Below are positions 1 through 13,300 of a stretch of 64,000 nucleotides of DNA, in pieces. How positions within the stretch are numbered: position 1 is the stretch's first letter; each line of letters opens with the position of its first letter. The position numbers and the translations under genes were made by a program. The stretch comes from Ancylonema sp. (lineage: Eukaryota). The stretch lies in NCBI GenBank assembly GCA_050230475.1, contig JBFLGF010000106.1, positions 1-64,000 on the forward strand, given 5' to 3'. The notes beneath the pieces are model-generated. The model made no database searches, was not told the origin of the DNA, and saw only the letters and a program-made list of their open reading frames with translations.

Positions 1-2113
1 TATTATGGTTGCTTTTGAGCAACGAGTTATTCTTGTTTGACACGAATATTCTCAAGTAAAGTATTCCTCAGTCCAGTATGGCTGATGGGATTTCACTGTG
101 TCCCACGAGCTGACACTTGGTATAGTCAGAGAGGTCGACTACTACTTAGCTATACGAATTGGGACCCTGTTGGATCCGAGAACTGGCGTAAGTTGGCGGT
201 ACGTCGGTGGTCGGACCCAACCGGGGTCCAATCTGTTATAATTATGATCAGGCCCAAGCAATAGTGACTCGACTCGAATTCGTGTTACCCTACGTGGTAT
301 GCAAATGTTTGAAACAGGATTTAATCGTACAGGTTCAGAGTTAATTTAGTATTTGGGGTGGGTGACCTGCAAGAGCACGTATGGTTTTACGTATGGGTCC
401 GGATATTCTAGGAACTCTGTCCCGATCGTTGTAACGAGTCCAAACAGTATTTACCGTAATATATTTTATTATTGTTGAGGGCGTAACCCGACAATTGAAC
501 CTTTCCATTTATTATTGTCAAAGGCGTGACGTGTCGTTGTCCGTGATTACGAGCTTTTGGATTATCCCTGCCGGCATGGTCGAGCACAGCGATATCCGTG
601 CCAGTGTCACTGATGTTCCTTGCCTACAGGCTACCCACTCTGATAAAAATGCTGCAGATTCGTTCTCTTCTGACACTTTTGTTAGTGCTCGCCAATGGCA
701 ACCTTACACCTCAACCGTACAATATTTACGTTGTCATAAATTCTCTCGGATTTTTCAAGGCCAATTTGATGGGGCCACGAGTCACTTCGTACTGGGTCCC
801 GCTCGGGCCCCAGTTTTGGACCCAATAATCGTGATCAGTTGGGTCCGATGGAGTGGCGCTCACCGGGGCCCAAGACGATCGACACTGGCACAATTCACTT
901 GGGTCCGGCTCGGGTCTGCTTTTAATTTTCACTTTCGGGGCCCAAATCGAATTGAAACCGGGCGCAATTCAGTTGGGCCCCGGTTGGGTCTAGCCATAAG
1001 ACCTGCTCTTATACGCGCACGATCGTATATTGTCCGGCAACTGTCGTGCCATCTAACATCGTGCCACACTCACACGTGTCATACTATCGTTATATCGACC
1101 ATCATTGTTGACTGCACCACATTCGTGCGAAATGCTCCTTCACTACACACGTGTCCGCCCACACGTGTTCTATGATATAGTCAAGATCCGCACCTTGCGA
1201 AACAACTAATGGCCACCGCCAACACCTCACTAGTCCACAAGGCATATCGAATGTAAATCACTAGTTTGCCCTATGGCAAGGCAATGCTTGGGCCTGGACG
1301 TAACGTGTCCGAGGCGTTAAGGGTTGCAAAGATTGCAGTGTTATGGATCTATTCTAACTTCAAATAATACAATACAATCACATGCACATTCTCATTGATC
1401 AAAGAATGCACATAAAAAATTACAGCCGAACTCACTCAAAAGCAGAAGGCAAAGGAAAAAATGGTTGTGCAAACTGATGAGCGGTTCCCGAGGTGTACTC
1501 AGACCGAATGAAGTCTGAGTGCAAAGGTTACAGATTGCGTAGTTGTCTAACTGCTTTTGCATCTACGATCGTTTTGCAGCGCCCCTAAGATAGCTAGCCG
1601 TGTTGAATTGACATCACGAAAATGTAGATTGCTTCACTTGAATGGCTATGCGTCTGTCACAGCATGCTCATGTACGCGAATAGATCACTGAGAAATATTA
1701 GTGAGATGAGCCGGAATACAGTGGATAAGTAGCTTGCTAGGATAAGGCGAAGACGTGGCGGGGGCCGACGTCTTGGCGGCGACGGCATTAGGCTGACCAA
1801 TGAGAAGTAAGCTTAAGCAAGTTCTGACGAAACTTGACGAACCTAGGATGACCCGGGCGGTATAACTGAATCTAGCGAACCTAGGATACCGCCGAACATC
1901 TCGGGGTAAGGGCGGAATCTGACATGCGCCACACTTAGCATTACCCACTCAACACGCCGACCGACATACTTGCTACTCCATTCCTAGCGAAGTATCTAAT
2001 AGCGACGTCGCCTAGAGCACTTCCACAACTAGATACGATGTATGGCTCCCACAGAGCATCTCCTGCCGCAAAGCTGCATAGCTAGCCTGTGCTGTCTATT
2101 GCCAAGTGTAAAT

Positions 2114-2728
2114 TGTAAGACGCCATACTGACGTCAAACTCAACTCAATACACAACACTTAAACTCAGCATATGAATATGCTTAACTCAGTCGCATTTAC
2201 ACAAACACTGTGCGACAACCCCTTTTGACGACATCTCCTTTCAAGGAAGTAAGTGAAAAACAACACCGTAGAAGAAATCGTACCTATACCCATTGTGTGA
2301 GAGAATCTCGGGTCATTTGCCAAAGTCAGACCTTGCTACGCCTCCTTCAAGAAGTCTAAATTAGATTAAAATGACTATTGACCCTAGATTCACCGAATGA
2401 ATAATCTAACTCGTCGAATATCGAATTACTATGATTGAATCAGCGCGTGCCAATCACGACACGCCGCCACTGACACATTTAACTGACACACGTTGACACG
2501 AAAAACACCGATACAACTATTAAAAGCAAAATACGTAAACTAAACGACACGTGTTACTAAAAACAAATTAATCCTAACAAACGTCACTTCATGTCATAGA
2601 CGCGGAACCAACATATCTGAAACCACACCAAAAACAACCCCGTCAAATATCCGCGCGCGATTACGGCAACTTTGGCCAACCTAATTAATTCTTCATTAAT
2701 ATACAACTATGTTGCTGAATTTCCCACA
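2114..2728 (-). repeat. 3' LTR of the copia element
   Basis: TG...CA ends (tgtaagacgcc...ttcccaca); adjacent to the PPT; colinear with 7183-7792. Confidence 0.96.
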
Positions 2729-2739
2729 TTCCCCCTCCC
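2729..2739 (-). promoter_or_regulatory. Polypurine tract (GGGAGGGGGAA on the minus strand)
   Basis: Purine run directly abutting the 3' LTR. Confidence 0.9.
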
Positions 2740-2769
2740 AGCAACATATATCGACAACCATCGACAATT

Positions 2770-5700
2770 TTAGTCACCAGCTACCATCCCAGCTAGTTGC
2801 TTGCATACTTTCAGAGTTCCCACCCCTACACTCTTGGTCATCATATCAGCTGCATTCAATCCCGTATCTACCTTGCACAGCTCAATGAGTCCTGTCTCTA
2901 CCCTGTCCCTAAGCGAGTGGTACTTGAGCAAAATGTGCTTGGACCTCTGATGAAAAACTGGATTTTCTGCCAACTTCAGAGATGACTCATTGTCGCCATA
3001 CAAGAGCACACTCGGACCCCCGACAGTAAGCTCTCCCTGAAGTTGGTTCAGATAAATTGCCTCATTTCCCGCTTCGCTTAGACCGACATACTCACTCTCA
3101 CAGCTGCTATGAGTAACAACTTTCATCATTGAGCTCCTCCATGAAACTGCTGCTCCAGCACTGAGAAAAAAATAACCAGATCGACCCCTCGAAGTTTCCC
3201 TCTCACGAGCATGACTCGAGTCTGAGTATCCCCATACCTCAACTTGTGCCCCCCTTTTGTAGAGTAGCCCCTCCCCAACAGTGCCACTGACATAGCATGA
3301 CCCTCTGCTTATTGAGTTTAGTTATGCTGTCCCGGGGTTCTGACTGAACTTGCTGAGCTCTGAGACCGCTGCAGATATATCTAGCCTCGTGCATGTCGAC
3401 AGGTACATCAATCTCCCAATTGCTGTCCTGTAAGGAATTTTGACCATTTTCTCCTTGTCGACATCAGCAATCGGCTGCTGAGAAGAGTCAAGATGAATTC
3501 CCAGCTCCATAGGAGTTGACACCGGTTTACACCCCTCCATGTTGAACCGGCTCAGTACACCTCGTGCATATTTCTCTTGAACAAGAAAAACATCCCCATT
3601 ATCCCGTCGACGAATCTCTCAATTCCCAACAAGAACTTCGCCTCCCCTAGATCTTTCATTAAATTCCTTCCCCAGCCCCCGTTTCACCACCTCGATGTTC
3701 ACCAGCTTCATTCCCAGCATGAACAAATCGTCGACATAAAGTGCAATGTAGACGGCTTCCTCTCCTTTTCCCTTGACGTAAATACCAACATCAGACTTGA
3801 GTCTCGCGAATCCCAGCTGCTTCAAAGCGGTGTCGATGCAGATGTTCCATTGTCGAGGCGATTGCTTAAGTCCGTACAGGCACTTTAGCAACCGCATCTC
3901 CTTCCCCTCATGACCCTCCTCCACAGTCCCCTCTGGCTGTGCCATGAAGACCTCCTCCTCGAGAGGTGCATACAGAAACGCTGTCGTGACATCCATCTGA
4001 TGCATGTGCATTCCTCTCGAAGTCCCCAGAGCCACCATCTGCCGAAAACTTTCAAACCTTACAGTTGGACTAAAGGTCTGATCATAATCTATCCCCTCCA
4101 CGTGGCTGAATCCCTTTGCTACTACCCTAGCCTTATACTTTTCAACAAGTTCGTTTGTTTTAACCCGAAAGACCCACTTCGATTTAACCACTTTCTTCCC
4201 AAGTGGCCTATCGACAATCTCATAAACACCGTTCTCTTTGAGACTGTCCATTTCACTCTTCCTTGCCAGTTTCCATTTCTCACAGTGTGGTCCCTGTAAG
4301 GCTTCTTGAAATGATTGAGGGCTTTGCTTCACCTCCTCCTCCACGGCAGCGGCCAGGTACTCCTCGATGAAGCGCAGAGGTGGCACTCCCCTATTCTCCC
4401 TGTCGCTCTGTCGAGGTGCATCTGGAGCTGGCTCCTCGACATGCTGCTCCTCAACAGCATCATCCTCTGGCCCCCATCGATCATCTTCCCCCCCAGGATC
4501 CTCACCATCATCCTCATCGTCATCCTCCACCATGTCAGGCATGATCGACTTCGAGCGGCTCCACTTCCCCATCTGCTGCAAGCTCCCCTTCTTGCTGTAC
4601 CTGCTGTGAACTGTCGACAGACACATCAGGAAAAATGAAATCCTCCACCTCATCTGCTACTCCTCCATCAGCAGGCTCTCTCCACCACCCTGGCTTGACG
4701 TCCTCGTCAACAAAAGGCACTCCCCGACATTGAAAACTTTTCCCCTAACCGGGTCCCACACCCGATAACCAACACTGACTGCAGGGTAACCGACCACTAC
4801 CCCCTCCCACTTGGTCACCCCCATCTTCCCCTTCCTCTTCATTTTCTCCAGGGACACATATGCCTTACTGACATATGCCCTGAGATGCTTCACCGAAGGC
4901 ACTTTTCCACTCCACAGTTCATCAGGTGTCTTGCTGAGCCCTGCAACAGGACACCTGTTCCTGATGTAGCATGCAGGCAGAAGTAGCCTCGACCCAAAAC
5001 CCCCCCTCCTAATCCAGCCTCCCACAAGCATGGATCTCGCACGATCTTGTATTGTCCTGTTTCATCCTTTCACATACACACCATTGATTGGGGAGACCTT
5101 GCAGGAATGGTCTGATGAACGATGGCCGTGCTCCTTGAGCCACTTTTCGAAAAGCTGCATCTATGTTACTCCCCCCCATTGTCCGACCTCATCTTTTTTA
5201 CCCTCTTCCCCACCTCATTTTCGTGAACAGCGATCCACTCCTTCATCGCTGTCGCTGTGTCACTTTTCCTTTTTAAAGGAATACACCACGCCTTCCTACT
5301 GAAGTCGTCGACAACCAACCAAGTTTTATTCCCCCTACCCTCGATTGCTTCAGGCACGAAAGGGCCTGCAATGTCTGTGTGAATTAACTCCAGCTGCTCC
5401 GTAGCTCTGTACTCAGGATCTTTTCGAGGATGTCTCATATCACTCGCTCTCCCCATCTTGCATCCCCTGCACATTCCGAACTCCCCCTTCACACCCTCCT
5501 CGAGCCCCCTCACCATTTGCTCTCGCACAAGTCTGTCAATCACACTCTGTGATGTGTGACCTAAACGTTTGTGAAGAAGCTCCATCTGTATCCCCTTTCC
5601 ACCAAGTACCTCTGCTTCAACCTCATCTCCTCCCTCATCCCCATCAGCATGTTTGAGCCTTTCACAAATCAGTGTCGGTCTGGCTCTGACAGTCTCCTTC

Positions 5701-7195
5701 ATGGTGGCTATCTGCTCCTCATCCCGGTTGAAGATTGGAATCAGCCTCCCAGGTTGAGGTTCCCCATGAAAAGTGTAACTGCATGCACCCTGGGACCTTA
5801 TGCGCTGTAAGGAGAAGATGTTAACCTTCATACCAGGCATGAAGAGGACGTCCCGCAGCTCGAGCTTCTTCTTGACTCCACCACTCCATCTGTTTGAAGC
5901 CGAACTGTTCCCCATTTCAACACGGGCACTCTGCCCATGATCTGCTTCACGAAAAAATTCGATGGAATGAGTTCGAGTGAATCGAAGAGAGTGGCATCCC
6001 CACTCATGTGGCAATCTGCTCCAGAGTCACATACCCACTCCTCTTTCTTCGCCATCCCCCTCGCCTGTCCCCCATGTTTATCTCACCAATCAGTACTTCA
6101 GAGTGTCCCTGCTCGCGTGGCTCTTCATCCGCTGTCCCTTCTCCAAACCTCGTGCTTCCTCCATTTTTGCCCCCTCTTCCCGTTCGTCCACCTCCTCTTC
6201 CACACCTGTCTTTCCTCCTCTAAATCTGCCCCATTAACAAGTCTGTGAGGTATTCTTCTCTATGTGACCGATTACTCCACACCAGCTACACACACTATCT
6301 TTCCTTGGACACTCTCTACTCCAATGATCCATCTCGCTGCACCAAACACAGCTCTCGATTTTTACCTCCACTCCTCTTCCACCGGCAACACCCCCACCTC
6401 TCCCACTTGATCTTCCTCTCCCTATAAATGAGTTCCCTCCACGCCCTCTTGTTTGAAAGAACACCTCTCCTCTCATTCCTGTACTCTCCATTTCAGCCTC
6501 TCTCCTCTTCTGGGTTGTTTCAATGTCGTACATTCGTGTCCAGAGATAAGTTATGTTTGGTGCAGGTGTTTGAGAAAAATATGACTCTCTAAGTATATCA
6601 AATTTTGCGGGCAGAGAACCAAGTAGAGTTTGAAGCTGATCCTCTACTGATACCACACCATTCTGTTCATGCGCCTTCCGGAGCAACTCGTTGAACCTCT
6701 GTTTAATCTCCAAGTAAGACTCGTCCTCCGTGACCCTGAAAGCTTGGAAATCTTGTCTTGCGAGTGACTGTTGAGCTGGCGTAATAGTGTTGTAGTCAGC
6801 TGAAAGTGCATCCCATATCAGCTTTGGGTCCTTGCCATGCACACTTCAAGTCTGTACAATCCCATCGTCAACAGACTGAGTTATCAGAGAGGCAGCCTTT
6901 TTGAACCTTTTCTTCCAGTCCTTTATCTCATCTCGACGTGTTGCGATGGCTATCACGTCTGCTGCAGTTCGTGGATTTTCAATTGCTGCACCCTCCTCAT
7001 CGAACCTGCAGGACCCACGCGAGATCAAGTGGTTCCAATTCTGTACCCTGAACTATCTCCCAACAGTCGTCTGCATCTAGAATCGTCTCCATCTTAACTT
7101 TCCATGCTCCGTATCCTGCTGCATCCTTTAGAATTGGTTTGCGACTATATCCCGCGATCAGATTCTCTGGCTCTGATACCACTATAAGACGCCAT
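2770..7195 (-). pseudogene. Copia gag-pol polyprotein broken by several frameshifts and stops
   Basis: Gag (YGAWKVKM; zinc knuckle CVWCSEMDHWSREC); protease WVCDSGADCHMS; integrase HKRLGH..CRGC, IHTDIAGP, VDDFSRK, RSDNGGE; RT KARVVAKGF, QMDVTTAFL, LYGLKQSPRQW, LYVDD; RNase H SSCESEY, DNESS, KHI, ADMMTK; spread over many short ORFs in different frames. Confidence 0.95.
7169..7181 (-). promoter_or_regulatory. Primer binding site complementary to initiator tRNA-Met (TGGTATCAGAGCC)
   Basis: Canonical plant PBS, 1 nt from the end of the 5' LTR. Confidence 0.95.
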
Positions 7196-7792
7196 TGACG
7201 TCAAGCTCAACTCAATACACAACACTTAAACTCAGCATATGAATATGCTTAACTCATTCGACAAACACTGTGAGATTTGCGACAACCCATTTTGACGATA
7301 TCTCCTTTCAAGGAAGTAAGTGAAAAACAACACCGTAGAAGAAATCGTACCTAGACCCATTGTGTGAGAGATTCTCGGGTCATTTGCCAACAGTCAGACC
7401 TTGCTACGCCTTCAAGTCTAAATTAGATTCAAATGACTATTGACCCTAGATTCACTGAATGAATAATCTAACTCGTCGAATATCGAATTAACTATGATTG
7501 AATCAGCGGCGCGCCAAGCACGACACGCCGCCACTAACACATTTAACTGACACATATTGACACGAAAAACACCGATACAATTATTCAAAACAAAATACGT
7601 AAACTAAACGACACGTGTTACTAAAAAAAAAGCAATCCTAACAAACGTCACTTCATGTCATAGACGCGGAACCAACAAATCAGAAACCACACCAAAGTCA
7701 AACCCGTCAAATATCCGCGCGCTATTACGGCAACTTTGGCCAACCTAATTAATTCTTCATTAATATACAACCATGTTGCTGAATTTCCCACA
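7183..7792 (-). repeat. 5' LTR of the copia element
   Basis: Colinear with 2114-2728 with scattered substitutions and small indels; inner terminus mutated (tataag vs tgtaag). Confidence 0.96.
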
Positions 7793-8009
7793 TAAATCGG
7801 GAACATCAATGCAAAACGTTGCGCCTTGTTGTTACCCTGAAACAAGTACTATTGGTTCATACTGACAACACTGCCCTCAACGTGGTGTTACTGCATCCAG
7901 TCAATTGTATGTAATGCGTATCTGGAGCTACAGCTCATCGATTACATGCCACTAATAAAGTCCTCTAGGCATGGTGCCAGAAGTGGCGGAGCACTCATTA
8001 CGTTTTCCA

Positions 8010-8195
8010 TAACTACAATAAATAAAGCGTTCTATCGCGAAACGAAACTGTTCGATAAATACTTGAACCCGCGCTTGTGCCAAATTACCGTATAGTAGCA
8101 AACACACGTGCCTGCACCAATTCCCCATATGGACACATTCGCTGGTGCCCATGCCAAATCACCATACAGGCCCATGATCGTTTGTTGTCCGACAC
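8010..8195 (-). repeat. Dispersed repeat copy, homologous to 46664-46800 and partly to ~1010-1042
   Basis: Reverse complement gcgcgggttcaagtatttatcgaacagtttcgtttcgcgatagaacgctttatttattgtagt matches 46737-46800. Confidence 0.75.
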
Positions 8196-8684
8196 TACGC
8201 TCATCTCTGCAATACATCTCTCTTTCCAAATTTAAGGCGGTGGTGTATCTCATTCGTGCCATTGCAATTGATCCATCCAATGGGACGTCTTGCCAATCCA
8301 AATTCCTTTTTTTGTACACCGTAGAATCATCCTTGAAATATGATACCGCAGTATTTTCGCGCGATTTTGACAAGATATTTGGTAGAGACGCAACACGTAG
8401 CCCGTAATCGTTGGGTTAGCGACGATGAAACGGAAGGAAGTTTTACTCTTAGCGTCGATTGTGGTTCGGCAACTTATTTTTATGTCGAAGGAGATGGTGA
8501 CAGTGACGATGGCGGCGACTAGAGTGTTGCTGACAAAAGGTGGAATGTTGCTAACGAACCCCTTCTGTGCCGAATCCTATAAATTTAAGTGAACCAATGG
8601 CAGGCTTCAGCCGACACACGCGGAAATCCTCTAATTTGACGTGTACATGATTGTAAGAAGCGCAGTTTTTTGGTTTTGTTTTCC

Positions 8685-9737
8685 CACAGTTGTACGATAC
8701 GCGTGTCGTATCGGATACGTTTCAGATACGATACGGCCTAATATGGCAATTCACCCCGCATTGTGTCGCCCGCATCGTATCGCCTTGATACGCGTATCGT
8801 ATCGGATACGCGATACGCGCGTCCAAATAAACTTGTGTACATGGGGCTTGTACTCTTTAAAAAAAAAGTGTTGCAATGAGAAACATGTATTATAACGATA
8901 AATGAATAGTACGCTTCCTTCTACCCTAGCAAGGGCCACACTCTCTAGTCCAAGTCTAGTCTGCGCGCCCCCAGACTAGAGACTGCGCAGTCGAGTAGAA
9001 TCCGAAAACTACTTTGGACTTGGCAGTCTTCGGCTGGAGTATGGTGGCAGACTGCGAAGTCCGAATAATTTTGGTGCACTCCGGACTGGAGATTACACGT
9101 GCGAATTATATTGGGCACGTGCCAATTTAGACAGGGAAACTGGGAATAGACTGGGGTGAACTGGAAATAGACTTGGTGTAGACTGGATACGTGTGAAAAA
9201 ATTGTAAAAGTTGAACAAAAAACCCCAAAAAAACTAAAAACTAATACCTTAAAAATAAAACTTTTCCAGTCCGCACAGGAAATGACACGTACGAATTACA
9301 CTAGTCACTTGCGATATTAGACAGGGTGGACTAGATAGTGCACGTGCGAAAAAAAATGAAGAAAGTGGAAAATCTCCGACTAAGACTTGTAAGTCCAACA
9401 CGTGTTCAACACAGATTGGTAGCCTGGTGGACTGGATATAAACTGAATTCCAGTCTCATTTAGACTCGCACATCCCTTTGCACTCCGTAGTCTCTACTCT
9501 CCTGGGAAATTAGGTTGGGGACCCATGTTATTCTACCTAGAAAACAAAAGTTGCCCTATTTTTGTTTTGTTTTTTAAATCCCACAAGACTTAGATACGGG
9601 CTGTATCGTATCGTATCAGACACCGATGCGCGTATCGGAGCAAACTTGTAAAGGCATGACGTAACGAGTCGTATCGCTGTCTCGCCATATCGGAGACGGC
9701 GTATTGGAGGGTCTATGTGTTGTATCGTGCAACCATG
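8685..9737. mobile_element. Non-autonomous hAT-type DNA transposon (MITE-like), probably with a nested element
   Basis: TIRs CACAGTTGTACGATAC and CATGGTTGCACGATAC (13/16 match); 8-bp TSD TGTTTTCC (8677-8684) and TGTTTTTC (9738-9745); GATACG/CGTATC subterminal repeats at both ends. Confidence 0.75.
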
Positions 9738-10360
9738 TGTTTTTCTATATGTAGTCGAAGCTTCCTCTATACCGGTAGACTTAAAAAAAATCGGAATTCC
9801 TCCAACATGTTGCCAACCGACCATTAATACCGATGAAAAAAAGGAGAAATTCTACACGTTTTGACACGTCAATTATAAAGTATCGGTGAGACCCTCATGG
9901 ATTTTTATTCATTTTCAGGTGCAGGCCTCAAGAATTGCTTTGTCGCTGCATGATTGTAATAACGGTCTAAAGTATTCTTGCATATTAGACGTGATTTATC
10001 ATATTGTACATCGCATTGTATATTTCAACATTGTAGATTGTCGACCGCAACTTAAGGTCTCTGTGCAACTATGGGCCAAGGTGCGAGGCTCGTATCTCAA
10101 GGTTTGGTCGAGTATTAGTGGTCCCATTTGACATAACTGTTTGGTGCGAGTTGGATATCAATCAAACCAATCATTGAAAACTCATGATTTTTTCCCGACA
10201 TTGGCTTCTCGTAGCTATGTCTATCATGAAGCTTACACAAGCATGTGCTCACTTCAATTGTGTAGAGAACTCGATACTCCCATTCACACCAAGACCCTTA
10301 TCTCGACACATGTGCACCTCCTCCCCAACAGATTCGCGCATATTCAACCATCTTATCACT

Positions 10361-13300
10361 CTACCCTTGCAACTGCCTCTTCACCAGCCCGGCATATATG
10401 CCTTGTTTGCTCAACAACTCCTCGTGAGTGCCCCGCTCTGCGATCACGCCATTTGCCACCACAGCCACCACATCCGCCTCCTTCACTGTGGAGAGGCGGT
10501 GGGCGATGACGAGCGTTGTGCGGCCCACCATCAACCGGTCCATAGCCTCCTGCGACCATGATTGGCGGGGGTAAATTTGATGGGTTTAGAAGAACGCTTC
10601 ATTGCCAACTTCATGCGTACAACGTTTTCGGAAATGAATCCTTGAGAAGATTGCATTGCCCCATCGCACAATCGATCACTATTGCAGTTCTACATTCATC
10701 AAAGAATCATATTTCGTTCACGAGCATTTATTGAACGTATCTCGCCGTGAGTGTATCTTGCTGTCACGACACAAATCCGTCTTACTTGCACCAAGAACTC
10801 GCTCTCCGCGTCCAATGCCGACGTGGCCTCATCGAGGAGAAGCACTCGAGGGTTCATGAGCAAGGCGCGGGCAATCGCGATTCTTTGCTTCTGCACTCAC
10901 GACCAGCTCGATTGCTCCATGATTGTGGGAGATAGATTGTGGATAAACACATCCTTTTTCGTGTTTGCAAAAGAAAGAAAAAATAAAAATAAATGTGAAA
11001 TGTGATACGTGGAATGTAAATGTGATAAGTGTGGCACTGAATGTGACAATGGAGGAGGGAGCGGGTACCTGCCCACCGGATAATCGCACCCCACGCTCGC
11101 CAACTTCCGTGTCGTATCTGCGCAACCATAATTGCAAATCGCAAATTGAAAATTGTCCTTTTACAATTGGCGAACAACACGTGCCAACAGAAGTCGGAAA
11201 TCAGCCACAAATGAATTCATTTCAGGTCCCTCAGACCCGACACGTTGGGTTTATAACAAATAATGTAAGTGGGCCGTGCAAGAGTTGTGGGAATGAGTTG
11301 GTCCTAATGTCGTTACGTGGGACCCACCCGTTTGGAAAGTGTTGAATAAAGTCGTGGGCGTTTGCCATTTTTGCCGCCCCCACCACTTCCTCCCTGGAGG
11401 CATCGTGGCGTCCGTAGGCAATGTTGTCGGCCACGCTGTGGTTGAACAAGGTCGGCTCCTGGCTCACGATGCTCACCTGAACCCGAGGTTTGGGGTTTAG
11501 GGTTTTAAGTGATGATCTTGAGCAAGATTTTTACACAGTCCATGCATCATGTTTTCTTGAGAATCAGAAACACACGGTTTCTGTTCTATTTTTTGGTGGG
11601 GTTGTGTGGATAGGAATTTCGGCTTTGCATCGGAAACCCGTTTTGGGATGTCGGATTCAGATCTGCCCCCCCACCTGCGAGTGCAGATACTTATGATCCA
11701 CCTCTGGCAGCGCCACGTGTCCAAAAGATATGGACCCCCTCTGAGGGTCATACAGCCGCTCCACCAGGTTGGCAATGGTGCTCTGAAACCCAATCCCCAC
11801 CACTGCTGACGCGCTGATGACGTCACCCCCCCCCCCCCCCCTGCGTAAGCACCACGGTCTCACCTTTCCGCCCCCACTGGGCCCCACCAGCGCCACTCTG
11901 GATCCAGGCGGCAGCTCCAAATCCACACCCTGAACCCCACAGAACCTCGTCAGCTAACTGCCCCACGGGGTGGAACGAATCTGATTCGACACTCTGTGTC
12001 GGGTGCCCAGGGTCGCAAACAGGTTTCCTCATTAGAAGAGAGAGGTTTAGCGCATGGCGGTACCGATATGTAGGGGGAGGGACGTACCTTGAGTACCCAG
12101 TCGTTGGGGCGGGAGGGGTAAGCGAACCAGACTTGCGATAGAACCACACTCCCCCCAGCGGAGTCCCTGGAGACAAGGGCAGGACATGTACGACCTCAGG
12201 TTCAGGATTTAGGGTTTGAGGTATAATCACCTCTGAACCTCTGTATCATCCGGTTAGCGATCGCTGCGCTGACAGAGACCCCGACACCAGATGCCTCCGA
12301 TGGACTCGGACCCTCTGACCCTTTCCATAGGCACATGTTGACATAGCAGAATGCCCCTCACAGCAGTGGTTTCATTTTGCCAGATGGCGGCATCTGAGTC
12401 ACTCGATCCAGCAGCTGGAAGACCCTCCTGCTGGCGCCCACGGCCTTCATGAAGGTGGCGTACAAACCCGACAGGGCAGCGAAAGAGAACCCCACTGGCA
12501 ACCCAAACATGCCCCCCAGTAGCCTCAACCCAACCTGGCGGGCCCCACACCCCTGCCTTATCATGCCTTACCCCATGCCTTATCATGCCTTATCATGCCT
12601 TATCATGCCTTATCATGTTGTCTTACTCCCTCACCGGCCAGAGATGGCAATCCGGGGATGATGGGGGAAAAATCAGTGCACTGAATCGGTGGTCCACAAA
12701 TATATCCCCATTTTGACATTCTGACGTTTTGAGGAGGCGTGTTCATTGTCGTTACGGTGATCCGACTCAAAACTCGACTTCTTCTTCTTTTATTGTGGGT
12801 CAACATCTGTATCTCTGTTGCCGATACTCTCTCAACACCACAACACATATACATCCCGCAACAGCCTACCCCCCCCCCCCCTTCAATTCTTTCACTCATC
12901 CCGTTTGAGTCCACATCCACATCCGAGTGTCCGAGTGTCCGAGTGTCCGAGTGTCCGAGCGTCGCACCTGTGACCGAGAAGAGGATGAAGGAGGACAGCG
13001 TGCCAGCTGATATCTTCCCGTCGATGGTGAGGCGCGCCCCATACACCAAAACCGTCACAATGCACAGAGAGGCCGCTCCAAACACCCCCCCACCGAACAG
13101 ACCGATGGCGACCTGAACCCGAAACGAATACACCACAAGCGCCAGGGGGGCATTGGTCCCCCCCCCCGTGCATCGAACACATTCATTTGCACGTTTGTGC
13201 GTAGGCAGGAAAGAAAAAAACGAGATCTAAGACAATAAGCACACATCTATGATTTGAATTGGCAGTCCTTTTTTCTCTTCCCCTTCTTCTTTTCCTCCCT

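Larger units (their letters stand above)
2114..7792 (-). mobile_element. Ty1/copia LTR retrotransposon, structurally complete, coding region degenerate
   Basis: Two ~610-bp LTRs; perfect 5-bp TSD TAAAT at 2109-2113 and 7793-7797; tRNA-iMet PBS; PPT; domain order gag-PR-IN-RT-RH on the minus strand. Confidence 0.98.

Noticed and set aside
495..1175. 226-aa ORF
   Set aside because: TTG start, overlaps repeat-rich TE-like DNA, no recognisable domain
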